A stretch of DNA of 49,471 bases from Pseudomonadota bacterium (lineage in GTDB: Bacteria > Desulfobacterota > Desulfobacteria > Desulfobacterales > JBDRRP01), in the NCBI GenBank assembly GCA_043825735.1, contig JBDRRP010000004.1, forward strand, positions 62,001 through 111,471, read 5' to 3'. The notes under the pieces are model-generated. The model was not told the origin of the DNA. It searched no databases and saw nothing but the letters and a program-made list of their open reading frames with translations. The number at the start of each line of letters is the position of its first letter. Within the stretch, counting starts at the first letter, position 1. A program made the position numbers and the translations under genes. Shown here one piece after another: positions 9,533 through 19,093 of this stretch.

Positions 9533-10591
9533 ATGTTTTCCCAGCGCCTCACGACCTTGACGCCCTACGTCCCGGGCGAGCAGCCCCAGGACAGGAGCTA
9601 TATCAAGCTCAACACCAACGAGAACCCCTACCCCCCGTCACCGCGGATAGCGCATTACCTCAAGTCCCTCGACAGCGGGGTGCTGCGGCGCTATCCCGAT
9701 CCCAAGTTCACGGTCTTAAGAGCGCGCATCGCCGCGCGCTACGGCGTAACACCCGGGCAGGTATTTGCCGGCAACGGCTCCGACGAAGTGCTGAGCTTTG
9801 TCTTTTTCGCCTTTTTCGACAGCACCGAGAATGGGCCCCTTCGGTTTCCCGAGCACTCCTACAGTTTTTACCCGGTATATTGCAATTATTACGGCATCGC
9901 CGCCAAGCGCATTCCCCTGACTGCCGACTACCGCATTGACCTGGCGCCCTATCCGCTGGGGCCGTCGTGCGGGGTGATCTTTCCCAATCCCAATGCGCCC
10001 ACCGGCATCGCGCTGCCGCTGGCCGACATCGCGGCGTTCCTGCGGCGCTATCCGGCTGACCGGGTGGTGGTGGTTGATGAGGCCTATGTTGATTTTGGCG
10101 CCGAAAGCGCGGTGTCGCTCATCGATGCCCACCCCAACCTGCTGGTGGTCCGCACACTGTCCAAGAGCATGTCTCTGGCAGGCCTGCGGTTGGGTTTCGC
10201 CATGGGTAATCAGCGTTTGATCGACGCCCTTTACACCACCAAGGACGCATTCAACTCCTATCCGCTGGGAACCCTGTCCCAGCAGGTGGGGTCACTGGCC
10301 ATGGATGACACCGATTACTACGATCGCATCACCCGGGCCGTTATGGACACCCGGGAGCGATTCAGTGCCGATGTGACCGCCCTCGGATGGGATGTGCTCC
10401 CAAGCGCGGCCAATTTCGTGTTTGCCAGGCGCCCAGGCGTCAGCGGAAAGACGGTTTACCAGCGATTGAAGGAAAACGGCATACTGGTCAGACACTTTGA
10501 GACACCGGGCATTTCCGATTTCGTGCGGATCACCATCGGCACGGATGCGGACATGGCCGCCTGTACGGCGGCGATGTCCGAAGCGTTCTGA
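9533..10591 (+). CDS. hisC: Histidinol-phosphate aminotransferase
   Basis: YVPGEQP, KLNTNENPY, GNGSDE, PNPNAPTG, DEAY, RTLSKS..LAGLRLG; AAGGAG RBS. Confidence 0.95.
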   Translation: MFSQRLTTLTPYVPGEQPQDRSYIKLNTNENPYPPSPRIAHYLKSLDSGVLRRYPDPKFTVLRARIAARYGVTPGQVFAGNGSDEVLSFVFFAFFDSTENGPLRFPEHSYSFYPVYCNYYGIAAKRIPLTADYRIDLAPYPLGPSCGVIFPNPNAPTGIALPLADIAAFLRRYPADRVVVVDEAYVDFGAESAVSLIDAHPNLLVVRTLSKSMSLAGLRLGFAMGNQRLIDALYTTKDAFNSYPLGTLSQQVGSLAMDDTDYYDRITRAVMDTRERFSADVTALGWDVLPSAANFVFARRPGVSGKTVYQRLKENGILVRHFETPGISDFVRITIGTDADMAACTAAMSEAF

Positions 10592-10653
10592 CCGATCGCC
10601 GAGATCATTTGATAGGCGCGGGGCCCGCCCCCCGTCACGCGGTGACCTGAAAC

Positions 10654-11265
10654 ATGAACTCCCTGCTGTATTACAACGGACTCGTCGCCGGCATCCTGCC
10701 GCTGCTGCCCCGGGGGCCCCGCCTGGGCGTCATCGGCGGCAGTGCGTTTGTCGACTCCCGCAGCCCGGCGTTCTGCGAGGCGATCGGCAGGCGACTGGCG
10801 GTCTTCGAGGGATTGGTGGTGTTGACCGGCGGGGTCTCCGGGGTGGGAGAATCCGTGAGTGCCGGTTTTTTTGAAGGGTGCACCGCTGCGGATAAAAAGC
10901 CGTCGCTCTGCCACATTCTGCCCGAGGGGGTCAAAAGCTTGAGCCGCGGGATCACGCTGAATGCCGGCACCTCCATGAAGGCGCGCCGGGAGGTTCTGGG
11001 CCGGCTGGCCGCGGTGTACCTGGCGGTGGAAGGCGGCTCCGGCACCGCTCACGAAATCCGCATCGCCGCCAGCCAAGGCGCGGCCGTGGTGGCCGTTGGG
11101 GCCTACGGCGGTGCGGCCGACCGTGCCCGCACCGGCATGCGTTGTCCCAAAGGTGTGAACCCGCTGGACTGGGACCGGATCGCCAACCCCGTGCTGGACA
11201 ACGACACCATTTTGGACGCCTGCGAGCGGATCCTGCGCGCCCTGCTCACTCCGGTCATGAGGTAG
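10654..11265 (+). CDS. SLOG / LOG-like (DprA-type Rossmann fold) protein
   Basis: GVIGGS, LTGG.SGVG, RR..L...A..YLAVEGGSGTAHE (PGG.GT..E-like motif). Confidence 0.65.
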   Translation: MNSLLYYNGLVAGILPLLPRGPRLGVIGGSAFVDSRSPAFCEAIGRRLAVFEGLVVLTGGVSGVGESVSAGFFEGCTAADKKPSLCHILPEGVKSLSRGITLNAGTSMKARREVLGRLAAVYLAVEGGSGTAHEIRIAASQGAAVVAVGAYGGAADRARTGMRCPKGVNPLDWDRIANPVLDNDTILDACERILRALLTPVMR

Positions 11266-11268
11266 ACT

Positions 11269-11487
11269 TTAATTGATGATGTCCAGAATCCCTGCCTTCA
11301 CCAGCGCCGGGTGGGTGTAGAGCTTCACGCGGTTGAAGCCCCTGGCGTCCACAACGGTGTCTGAAAAGGTGAGCGACGCTTTTCTGAGCACTTTGATGTC
11401 GTCGTCGAGGATGACGAGGTGGTAATTCAGGCTGGCGCCGACGGCCAGTACCACCAGCACCGCCAACCCAATGAATATTTTTTTCAT
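11269..11487 (-). CDS. Small membrane-anchored hypothetical protein
   Basis: GAGGAAAG RBS; MKKIFIGLAVLVVLAVGA hydrophobic N-terminus; 72 aa. Confidence 0.7.
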   Translation of the reverse strand: MKKIFIGLAVLVVLAVGASLNYHLVILDDDIKVLRKASLTFSDTVVDARGFNRVKLYTHPALVKAGILDIIN

Positions 11488-11573
11488 GGTCTCTTTCCTC
11501 GTTGGTATGATGATATGAAATACTGCAAGCGCTCGCGCCATGACAACAACTAATTCGCCACCAGGAGGTTTTG

Positions 11574-12707
11574 ATGATTGCCTGCCAGCGACACCTGTTT
11601 GACCTGCCCGATGACGTGGCCTGGTTGAACTGCGCCTACACTTCGCCCCTCATGCACAGCGCCGTGGCTGCCGGAACATCAGCGCTCAGCCAGAAAAGCC
11701 ATCCCTGGCAGATCAGCCCCACACATTTTTTCGAGGCCCTGAATAACAGCCGTGCGCTTTTCGGCCAATTGGTGGATTGCCCTGCCGAGCAGGTGGCCCG
11801 CATCCCGGCGGTCTCTTACGGCATCGCCCTGGCGGCCCGAAACATCCCCATGAGCGCCGGACAAACGATCGTAGTCCTGGAAGGCCAGTTTCCCTCCAAC
11901 GTCTATGCCTGGCGAAACCGCGCCCGGCGGACCGGCGCGGAGATCGTCACAGTAGCGCGCCCCGAAAACAGCGACTGGACACCGGCGGTGCTGGGAGCCA
12001 TCGATGCACGTACCGCCGTGGCAGCGCTTCCCAACTGCCACTGGACCGACGGTACCCTCGTTGATCTGGTTCGGGTGGGCGAAAAATGCCGCGCGGTGGG
12101 GGCCGCCCTGGTGGTGGATGCCATTCAGTCCCTGGGAGTCATGCCCTTTTCCGTGGCGGCGGTCCAGCCCGACTTTCTCGTCACCGCCGCTCACAAGTGG
12201 CTGCTGGGTCCCTACAGTTTCGGCTGGTGCTACGTGTCCGAAAAATATCTCGCTGGTGAGCCGCTGGAGGAAAACTGGCTCAACCGCGAGGGGTCCGAAG
12301 ACTTTTCCCGCCTGCTCCACTACCAGGACGGCTATCAGCCCGGGGCTCAGCGTTTCGATGTGGGCCAGGGCAGTAATTTCATACTCTCGCCGGTTGCCGA
12401 TGTCGCCCTGAAACAAATTCTCGACTGGGGCGTTGAGAACATCGCCGTAACCCTGGGCGCCATCACCGCACGCATCGCCGATGCCGCCATGGCCATGGGG
12501 TTTACGGTCCCTGAGGCCGCGGTTCGGGCGCCCCACATGCTGGGCATCGCCCACCCTGACGGCATCCCCGGAGAGGTGGCCCGGCGCCTTGCCGAAAAAA
12601 AAGTCTTTGTCAGCATCCGCGGCAAGGCCATTCGCATCGCGCCGCATGTGTACACCAGTGAAGCCGATGTGGACCGTCTGCTGGAAACGCTGCGGGAAAC
12701 GCTGTGA
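11574..12707 (+). CDS. Class V PLP-dependent aminotransferase / cysteine desulfurase-like (C-S lyase) enzyme
   Basis: WLNCAY, QFPSN, VVDAIQSLG, AAHKWLLGP (PLP lysine), IRIAPHVY; AGGAGG RBS. Confidence 0.85.
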   Translation: MIACQRHLFDLPDDVAWLNCAYTSPLMHSAVAAGTSALSQKSHPWQISPTHFFEALNNSRALFGQLVDCPAEQVARIPAVSYGIALAARNIPMSAGQTIVVLEGQFPSNVYAWRNRARRTGAEIVTVARPENSDWTPAVLGAIDARTAVAALPNCHWTDGTLVDLVRVGEKCRAVGAALVVDAIQSLGVMPFSVAAVQPDFLVTAAHKWLLGPYSFGWCYVSEKYLAGEPLEENWLNREGSEDFSRLLHYQDGYQPGAQRFDVGQGSNFILSPVADVALKQILDWGVENIAVTLGAITARIADAAMAMGFTVPEAAVRAPHMLGIAHPDGIPGEVARRLAEKKVFVSIRGKAIRIAPHVYTSEADVDRLLETLRETL

Positions 12708-12920
12708 ATTGACTGTTCAATGCCGCCATTTTCGGCTGTCATCTCTCGGATATGATCCTTTCCAATAGGGTGGCATGACCAGCGGTCACTGCTTATCATT
12801 GGTTTGTGCCGGTCGACGCGCTTGCATCGCGGAATGACTGACGCATTCCAGCAGTGCCCATTTCCCAGAGCATCATAGACAGGCAACCTGTCAAGCGGTT
12901 TGAAGTAGAGGCATAGGCAT

Positions 12921-15344
12921 ATGAAGAAAATACTGGTGGTCGACAATGACAGAATTTTTGTAATGCGAATGAAAAGGTTGCTTGAAAAGGCCGGCCATCA
13001 GGTTGAAATCGCTGGCGATGGTCTTATTGCCCTCGATATTTTAAAAACCTTCACACCGGATGTCCTGTTTTCTGATCTTGTGATGCCCAACATCGACGGC
13101 CGAGCGCTTTGCCGGATCATAAGGGGCAGGGCGCAATCGAAGCATATCCCCATCATCATAATTTCGGCCACGTTTGCAGAGGAATTGACCGAATTGTTCC
13201 ACCTGGATGTGAATGCCTGTATTGCCAAGCAGGCCTTTGATGAAACTGCTCAACATGTCCTTGCGGTTCTCAACCAACCGGCGCTCGCCTCCCGGCGCTG
13301 CAAGCCAGGCGAGGTTATCGGCGTCAAAGAAATCTATCCGCGCGGTATCACTCAGGAGTTGCTTTCTGTAAAACGGCATTTTGAGGCAATCATAGATCGG
13401 ATGTCCGAAGGAATTGTCGAAATCAATTCGGATGGGCGCATCGTTTTTGCCAATTCAGCCATCCGGGAAATGGCCGGTATTCCGGAAGAAACGTTGTTGG
13501 GCTCCCGGTTTGTTGATTTATTCTCGGGTGATGAACGCGTTCAGATGGTTGATATCCTTAACACAAAGGGCGAAAAAGCCAATGGCATCATAAAAGATTA
13601 CCCCTCGGTATTGAATCAGTATCATATCTCTATGGACGTTGTGTCTTTGAGTGAAGATGGACTTAAATCGTTGATCATTCTGCGGGACGTCACCAGCAGC
13701 AAACAGGCTGAAAATACACTGAAAATGTTTAACACCGCGCTCGAAAACCGGGTCCGTGAGCGGACGGCGGAACTCGAAGCCGCCAATCGATTCAAAAGCG
13801 AGTTTGTGGCCAATATGAGCCACGAGATTCGGACCCCCATGAACGGTGTGATCGGCGCCTGCGAGCTTGCCCTGCGGGAGGGCCCTGAAAGAAAAACCCG
13901 CGAATATCTTGAAATGATACACAGCTCGGCAATCACCCTGATGGTTCTCGTCAACGACATCCTCGATTTTTCTTCGATCGAATCGGGTCACATTAAATTC
14001 GAAATAAATCAGTTTTCGCTGCGCGAGACAATGGAACAGATCTATGACGTGTTCCACGACCGGGTCCAGGAAAAGGACCTGGAATTCGCTGTGGATATCC
14101 CCGGGGACATCCCCGACCAGCTCCTCGGTGACCCGCTCAGATTGCGGCAGATCATCATCAACCTGCTCGGCAATGCTTTCAAATTCACCGATCGCGGAGA
14201 AATTATCCTTCGCGTTCGCATTGAGCACCACGATGACCGTAGTCTTCTTCTGTTGTTTTCAGTCACAGACACCGGCATCGGTATTGAGAAGGATAAGATC
14301 CCCACCCTTTTCGAAGCGTTTGTACAGGTGGACAGTTCCACCACCAGAGCACACAGCGGCACCGGTTTGGGGCTCGCCATCAGCAAAAAACTCGCGGTTC
14401 TCATGGGGGGTGATATCTGGGCAGAGTCCATCCCGGGAACGGGCAGCTCTTTTTCATTTACCGCGCGCTTCGACATTGCCCGGATTGCGGCGGAAAAGCG
14501 AAACGGCATTGGGGGACAGCGTACCGACCTGATGGGAATCAAAACGCTGGTGGTTGACGATCATCCGGTTTCCCGCGAGGGCCTCGGGATGCTGGTGGCC
14601 TCTTTTGGCTGCCGGGTGACGCTGGCGGCATCTGCCCATGAGGCGGTTGGTTTCTGCATGGCCGCAATGAACGAAAAGGACATGTTTAACCTGGTCCTGC
14701 TGGACCAGAAAATGGATGAAATGAACGGTGTCGCGCTCGCCGCCCAGATCAGCCGCCGGTACGGACCTGCCGATCGGCCGGTGATGGTGATGATCTCCGG
14801 CTACACGGCCTCCATAGACCAGGCGGAAGCCCGCAAGGCGGGGATTCGCAAAATCCTCAGCAAGCCGATTAAACGCTCTCAGCTTTTGGATGAATTGCTG
14901 GAGTTGTTTGTTGAAGATGATTTGCCGCGGTTAGCTGAAGAAATCAATGCCAGTGGCGCCGAACCTGATTTTTCAGGCAAACGCGTGCTTCTGGTGGAAG
15001 ACAATCCCATTAACCAGCGGGTGGCTCAGGCATTGCTGCAATCCGCCAACTTCGAGGTGATCACCGCCGATGATGGTATCGCGGCGCTGGCCGTGCTGGA
15101 AACGGAAACCTTCAATGCGGTCCTGATGGATGTCCAGATGCCGCGGATGGATGGTTATGAAGCGACCCGGCGGATTCGCGCTCAACTGGGACTGAAAACG
15201 TTGCCTGTTATTGCCATGACCGCGCATGCCGCCAAAGAGGCCATGGAAAAATGCCTGGCCGCCGGCATGGACGATTACGTGTCCAAACCCATTGATCGGG
15301 CACGATTGTTGAACCTTCTCAAACGGATTCTCGACTCGGCCTAG
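12921..15344 (+). CDS. Hybrid sensor histidine kinase (REC, PAS, HisKA, HATPase, REC, REC)
   Basis: N-terminal KILVVD..DLVMP; FVANMSHEIRTPMNG; NAFKFT; GTGLGL; two C-terminal receivers. Confidence 0.93.
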   Translation: MKKILVVDNDRIFVMRMKRLLEKAGHQVEIAGDGLIALDILKTFTPDVLFSDLVMPNIDGRALCRIIRGRAQSKHIPIIIISATFAEELTELFHLDVNACIAKQAFDETAQHVLAVLNQPALASRRCKPGEVIGVKEIYPRGITQELLSVKRHFEAIIDRMSEGIVEINSDGRIVFANSAIREMAGIPEETLLGSRFVDLFSGDERVQMVDILNTKGEKANGIIKDYPSVLNQYHISMDVVSLSEDGLKSLIILRDVTSSKQAENTLKMFNTALENRVRERTAELEAANRFKSEFVANMSHEIRTPMNGVIGACELALREGPERKTREYLEMIHSSAITLMVLVNDILDFSSIESGHIKFEINQFSLRETMEQIYDVFHDRVQEKDLEFAVDIPGDIPDQLLGDPLRLRQIIINLLGNAFKFTDRGEIILRVRIEHHDDRSLLLLFSVTDTGIGIEKDKIPTLFEAFVQVDSSTTRAHSGTGLGLAISKKLAVLMGGDIWAESIPGTGSSFSFTARFDIARIAAEKRNGIGGQRTDLMGIKTLVVDDHPVSREGLGMLVASFGCRVTLAASAHEAVGFCMAAMNEKDMFNLVLLDQKMDEMNGVALAAQISRRYGPADRPVMVMISGYTASIDQAEARKAGIRKILSKPIKRSQLLDELLELFVEDDLPRLAEEINASGAEPDFSGKRVLLVEDNPINQRVAQALLQSANFEVITADDGIAALAVLETETFNAVLMDVQMPRMDGYEATRRIRAQLGLKTLPVIAMTAHAAKEAMEKCLAAGMDDYVSKPIDRARLLNLLKRILDSA

Positions 15345-15567
15345 ATTATAGGGGTTGTTTCTAAATTGGCAGTGGGAGGTGTTTTCTCATATTTACAGAG
15401 CGCTTAGAATCATGGATGCTGAAAGCCTTTACAGCGGCGGCCACGCCTTGCGGCAACTGCAAGATCCACGTGCGATTCGCAGGAGATGCAAAATAAATGA
15501 CTATCACTGTATAACAATTCGTTTTCATTAACATTTTTGTGACGCTATCATGAAAAGGAGGCGCTAT

Positions 15568-15933
15568 ATGAAGTTTTCGGGCAAAGCGGTATCCATGTTG
15601 TTGGTCCTTTAGGCGGGGGCTTTGGTGTTCAGCGCTTCGGCCTGGGCCGAACCGGTTGCCAAGATCACCGCCGTCACCGGAAATGTGGTACTGCTCAGCG
15701 GGGCGGACATTATTCAGGTTAAAGCACCGGGGCAGTTGGTGAACAGCGGGGACAATGTGCAGACCGAGGACGGAACCGCCCAACTGACGTTCACTGACGG
15801 CGCCATACTCAAGATCACGCCCTATTCATCCTCCATGGTGCAGGAGCAGGAGGAGGAAAGCGGGTTTCTCTTTTTCAAGACGAAAACCAGCGTCCCCCGG
15901 ATCACCGCATTCATCGTCAAGATGTGGCACATA
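15568..15933 (+). pseudogene. FecR-domain exported protein with an internal amber stop, truncated at IS630
   Basis: AAAGGAGG RBS and ATG 15568; in-frame TAG at 15610-15612 inside the signal peptide; GDNVQT..GTAQLTFTDGAILKI FecR-like motif; ends at the IS boundary. Confidence 0.72.
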
Positions 15934-15942
15934 CACAGCGTC

Positions 15943-16503
15943 TTAAATAATTGCGCATAATTTTTTTAAGGTTGCATTCGGTTCTCGCCATGCGGAAAAG
16001 ACATGCTCTACGGCTTCGGCGACATGTTCGATCCGTTCAAAGTACTGGTTGTGGATGGCCAGGCGCCGTGTCAGCTTCCAGGCACGCTCGATCGGGTTTA
16101 GCTCCGGGCTGTATGGCGGCAGAAACAGCAAGCAAAACCGACTGGCACACTGCTCACGCCAGTTCTTGTGAAGCAGGGCGTGGTGGTAGCGGGCATTGTC
16201 GGTCAAAATCACTACCTGCCGGCCACTATGAGAACTGATTTGACGCAGCTTTTTCAAAAATTCCCAGAAAGTCTCGGCGTTAAAGACCTTGTCTTCACGG
16301 CGATATGAAATTTTCCCGTCCCTTAGACGCATCGTACCAAAATAGCCAACGCTCTTTCTTGTTGGATGTTGCAATACCACCGGCTGCCTACACTCGGGCG
16401 GCACCCACATGCGACACCTTGAACCATGCTGTTGAAAGTGCACTTCGTCTAAAGACCAAAGATCCAAAGTGTCTGAGTTCATCAACTCAGCATTTTTTTT
16501 TAA
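15943..16503 (-). CDS. IS630 transposase OrfB (DDE domain), joined to OrfA by a -1 shift
   Basis: WSLDE, ILTDNARYH, FLPPYSPELNPIERAW; the frames overlap at an A9 run (16493-16501). Confidence 0.9.
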   Translation of the reverse strand, partial: LKKNAELMNSDTLDLWSLDEVHFQQHGSRCRMWVPPECRQPVVLQHPTRKSVGYFGTMRLRDGKISYRREDKVFNAETFWEFLKKLRQISSHSGRQVVILTDNARYHHALLHKNWREQCASRFCLLFLPPYSPELNPIERAWKLTRRLAIHNQYFERIEHVAEAVEHVFSAWREPNATLKKLCAII

Positions 16504-17002
16504 AGTCAGCCTGCATCTCAGGATCCGCCTTGGCAATCAACGGTCTTGGCTTTCTCAAGCGAAACCCGAACTGGCGGAACAATCGCTGGCACTGGCGAGT
16601 GCCCAGATCGACACCGAAACGCTGACGAATGTGATGTGAAAGGAGCTTGCCATCCCAAAGGTTGGCGGTGAAACCAAACTGTGAGGGGCTTTTGCGAAGG
16701 TCTTCCTGAATTTGTAGCAATTGTTGTTCATCGAGCCTGCAGGGCCTTCCAGGTCGATCCGCATCCGCGAGGCCTGATAGCCCTTCGGCTTCGAAACGGT
16801 TGGCCCAGTAGGCGACGGTGCGCGGTGAGTCGCCGAGAAATCCCGCAACAGTCCGGCAACTCATGCCTTGAGCCACCATGAGTACGGCGTGTAGTCGGTG
16901 ATCATAGCGCGCTTCGTAGGATCTTCGAATTTCATCTTGCAAGATATGAACGACAGCCGCGGCATCAGTTGTGTGTTTTTTTTCATGGGCTAAACTTATC
17001 AC
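16487..17002 (-). CDS. IS630 transposase OrfA (HTH / winged-helix part)
   Basis: HRLHAVLMVAQGMS..VA..LG.SPRTV..W..RF..EG..GL, RPGRP, W....L, RKPRP; start uncertain. Confidence 0.88.
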   Translation of the reverse strand: MISLAHEKKHTTDAAAVVHILQDEIRRSYEARYDHRLHAVLMVAQGMSCRTVAGFLGDSPRTVAYWANRFEAEGLSGLADADRPGRPCRLDEQQLLQIQEDLRKSPSQFGFTANLWDGKLLSHHIRQRFGVDLGTRQCQRLFRQFGFRLRKPRPLIAKADPEMQADFKKKC

Positions 17003-17052
17003 ATCCCAGTTGTTTGCGCAATTTATTTTGTCGCCGTGTATAAATTTGGCAA

Positions 17053-17095
17053 CGGAGGCCGCGTCGCGACCGAAACCGATCGCGACGCGCCTCCG
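17053..17095. terminator. GC-rich hairpin, possible terminator of the ArgP-like remnant
   Basis: CGGAGGC(C)GCGTCGCGA ... TCGCGACGCGCCTCCG stem about 25 nt past the remnant's stop. Confidence 0.45.
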
Positions 17096-17119
17096 GCGCC
17101 AACCTGTTGTGCGTTTATC

Positions 17120-17290
17120 TCAGCGCGTCGCTGGACTATTCAAAACAGCGCCGGCGCCTTTGACGAGACACCGGGAAAGGGCTGTGAGCAGCGGCGACGA
17201 CAGGTTCCCGCAGTGCCAGTAGAGATGGACCGTCACTACATGCCCCGGGGCCAGATCCACCAGCGCGCCTTCAGTCTTAATCAAAAACGC
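17120..17290 (-). pseudogene. C-terminal remnant of an ArgP/LysG-type LysR regulator
   Basis: Manual translation KTEGALVDLAPGHVVTVHLYWHCGNLSSPLLTALSRCLVKGAGAVL..* resembles the ArgP C-terminus (G.LV.L.P....V.LYW..W.L.S..L..L); no N-terminus. Confidence 0.7.
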
Positions 17291-17449
17291 CGTCACTGGT
17301 CCCGTTCACTTTTCACTGTTTACTTTTCACTTCCAACCATTTGTCAAAACCCACCCTGCAGTGTATATAAAATAATTTCGCGCGTAAGGCGCTAAGGATA
17401 TCCACCAACGAACACCGGTCCGCTCATCGGGCCTGTCTGGAGTGATGCC

Positions 17450-18748
17450 ATGGACATGCACGCGTCAGCCGCCGCCGCCGGCGCAGCCGCCATTCAACTG
17501 GCCGCCGTGAAGACCGCAGAGAAAAACCGCGCGCTGGAGAAGATCGCCAAAGCGCTGGAAGGCAACCGGGCGCGTATCCTTGAAGCCAACCGGTCCGACC
17601 TTGAACGGGCTGCAAAGGCGCGTCTGGCACCCCCGCTGCTCAAACGGCTCAAATTCGATGAAGCAAAAATCACCGAAGCCATCGATGGCATCCGGGCCCT
17701 CATCGCCCTGCCCGATCCCATCGGCGCCACCCTGAGCGCCACGGAGATAGATAAGGGGCTGGAACTCTACAAGGTCACCTGCCCCATCGGCGTCATCGGC
17801 GTCATCTTCGAGTCCCGCCCCGACGCCTTGGTGCAGATCTCGGCGCTGTGTCTGAAAAGCGGCAACGCGGTCATGCTCAAGGGCGGCAGCGAGGCGGCTG
17901 AAACCAATCGGGTGCTGGCCGAAGTCATCACCGAGGCCAGCCTGGCGTCCGGTCTGCCGTCCGGATGGCTGGCCCTGATGGAAACCCGTGACGACGTGGC
18001 CGACATGCTACGGCTCGATCAGCACATCGATCTCATCATTCCCCGGGGCAGCAACGAATTCGTCAAGCACATCATGGACAACACCACCATCCCGGTGCTG
18101 GGCCACGCCGACGGCATCTGCCACGTCTATGTGGATCGCGCAGCCGATCTGGACATGGCCGTCAGGGTCGTGGTGGACAGCAAGTGCCAGTACGTGGCGG
18201 TCTGCAATGCTGCCGAAACGCTGTTGGTGCACCGGGCCGTCGCCGCCGAATTTCTACCGGCCGTAGCCCATGCGTTAAAGACAAAGGGGGTTGAACTGCG
18301 GGGGTGCACTGCCACACGCGACATCATCGATGCGGCCCCTGCCGATGAAACGGACTGGCAGACCGAATACCTCGATCTCATCCTCTCCATCCGGGTGGTG
18401 GACAGTATGGCCGAAGCCGTGGACCACATCAACCGCTACGGTTCGGGTCACACAGACGTCATTGTCACGAAAGACCGTACTCGGGGGATCCGGTTCATGG
18501 AGACCGTGGACACCGCCAACGCGTTTCTCAACTGCAGCAGCCGGTTTGCCGACGGATTCCGCTTCGGTCTGGGGGCCGAGGTGGGGATCAGCACCAACAA
18601 GATCCACGCCCGGGGTCCCGTCGGGATGGAGGGGCTCGTCATCTACCAGTGGCGCATGATCGGAGAGGGGCACGTGGTGGCCGACTACGCCGGTGAGGGC
18701 GCCCGCCGGTTCACCCACCGGAAGCTGGACAAATCTTTTAAGGGGTGA
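17450..18748 (+). CDS. proA: Gamma-glutamyl phosphate reductase
   Basis: PIGVIGVIFESRP, KSGNAVMLKGGSEA, PRGS, CNAAETLL, SSRFADG..FGLGAEVGIST.KIHARGPVG. Confidence 0.97.
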   Translation: MDMHASAAAAGAAAIQLAAVKTAEKNRALEKIAKALEGNRARILEANRSDLERAAKARLAPPLLKRLKFDEAKITEAIDGIRALIALPDPIGATLSATEIDKGLELYKVTCPIGVIGVIFESRPDALVQISALCLKSGNAVMLKGGSEAAETNRVLAEVITEASLASGLPSGWLALMETRDDVADMLRLDQHIDLIIPRGSNEFVKHIMDNTTIPVLGHADGICHVYVDRAADLDMAVRVVVDSKCQYVAVCNAAETLLVHRAVAAEFLPAVAHALKTKGVELRGCTATRDIIDAAPADETDWQTEYLDLILSIRVVDSMAEAVDHINRYGSGHTDVIVTKDRTRGIRFMETVDTANAFLNCSSRFADGFRFGLGAEVGISTNKIHARGPVGMEGLVIYQWRMIGEGHVVADYAGEGARRFTHRKLDKSFKG

Positions 18749-19069
18749 ATCGTTTGGATCGTTTGGATCGTTTGGAGCGTTTGGAGCGTTTGGAGCGGAC
18801 TGATCGGCCGTAGGCGGTACTACCCTGTATATCCTGTTAATCCTGTCTAATTTACCCTTCGGGCGGGTGCACGGTACACGGTACACGGTGCACGGTAAGA
18901 CCCTTCCAGGTCAGCGTATCTTCCTCTGAGTTCGGCTTTCGGCCGAAGGCCGTTAACTCTGTCTGCGCCTGTCCGCGTCCGCCTGTCCGGCGTAGCTCGC
19001 AGAGCGAAGACGGAAGGCCGTATATCCGCGTTATCCGCGTAATCTGCGGTTAATTCGCTGTTGCAGTTG
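18749..19069. repeat. Composite repeat block between convergent proA and alaS
   Basis: (ATCGTTTGG)3(AGCGTTTGG)2 at 18749-18793; ATCCTGTTAATCCTGTC; (GGTRCAC)4 at 18866-18896; CGGCCGAAGGCCG; CGTAGCTCGCAGAGCGAAG; ATCCGCGTTATCCGCGTAATCTGCGGTT. Confidence 0.85.
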
Positions 19070-19093
19070 CTTTTTCTGCCCTCTGCCCGCTGC

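Larger units (their letters stand above)
15932..17040 (-). mobile_element. IS630-family insertion sequence
   Basis: 26-bp imperfect terminal inverted repeats TACACAGCGTCTTAAATAATTGCGCA / TGCGCAATTTATTTTGTCGCCGTGTA with TA at both ends; two-ORF DDE transposase inside. Confidence 0.92.

Noticed and set aside
11524..11540. Minus-strand sigma-54 promoter TGGCGCGAGCGCTTGCA
   Set aside because: GG-to-GC spacing is 11 nt rather than the required 10.
15610..15612. Pyrrolysine readthrough of the in-frame TAG
   Set aside because: It lies in the hydrophobic core of a signal peptide of an already truncated gene; a TTG-to-TAG mutation is simpler, and no pyl genes are in the window.
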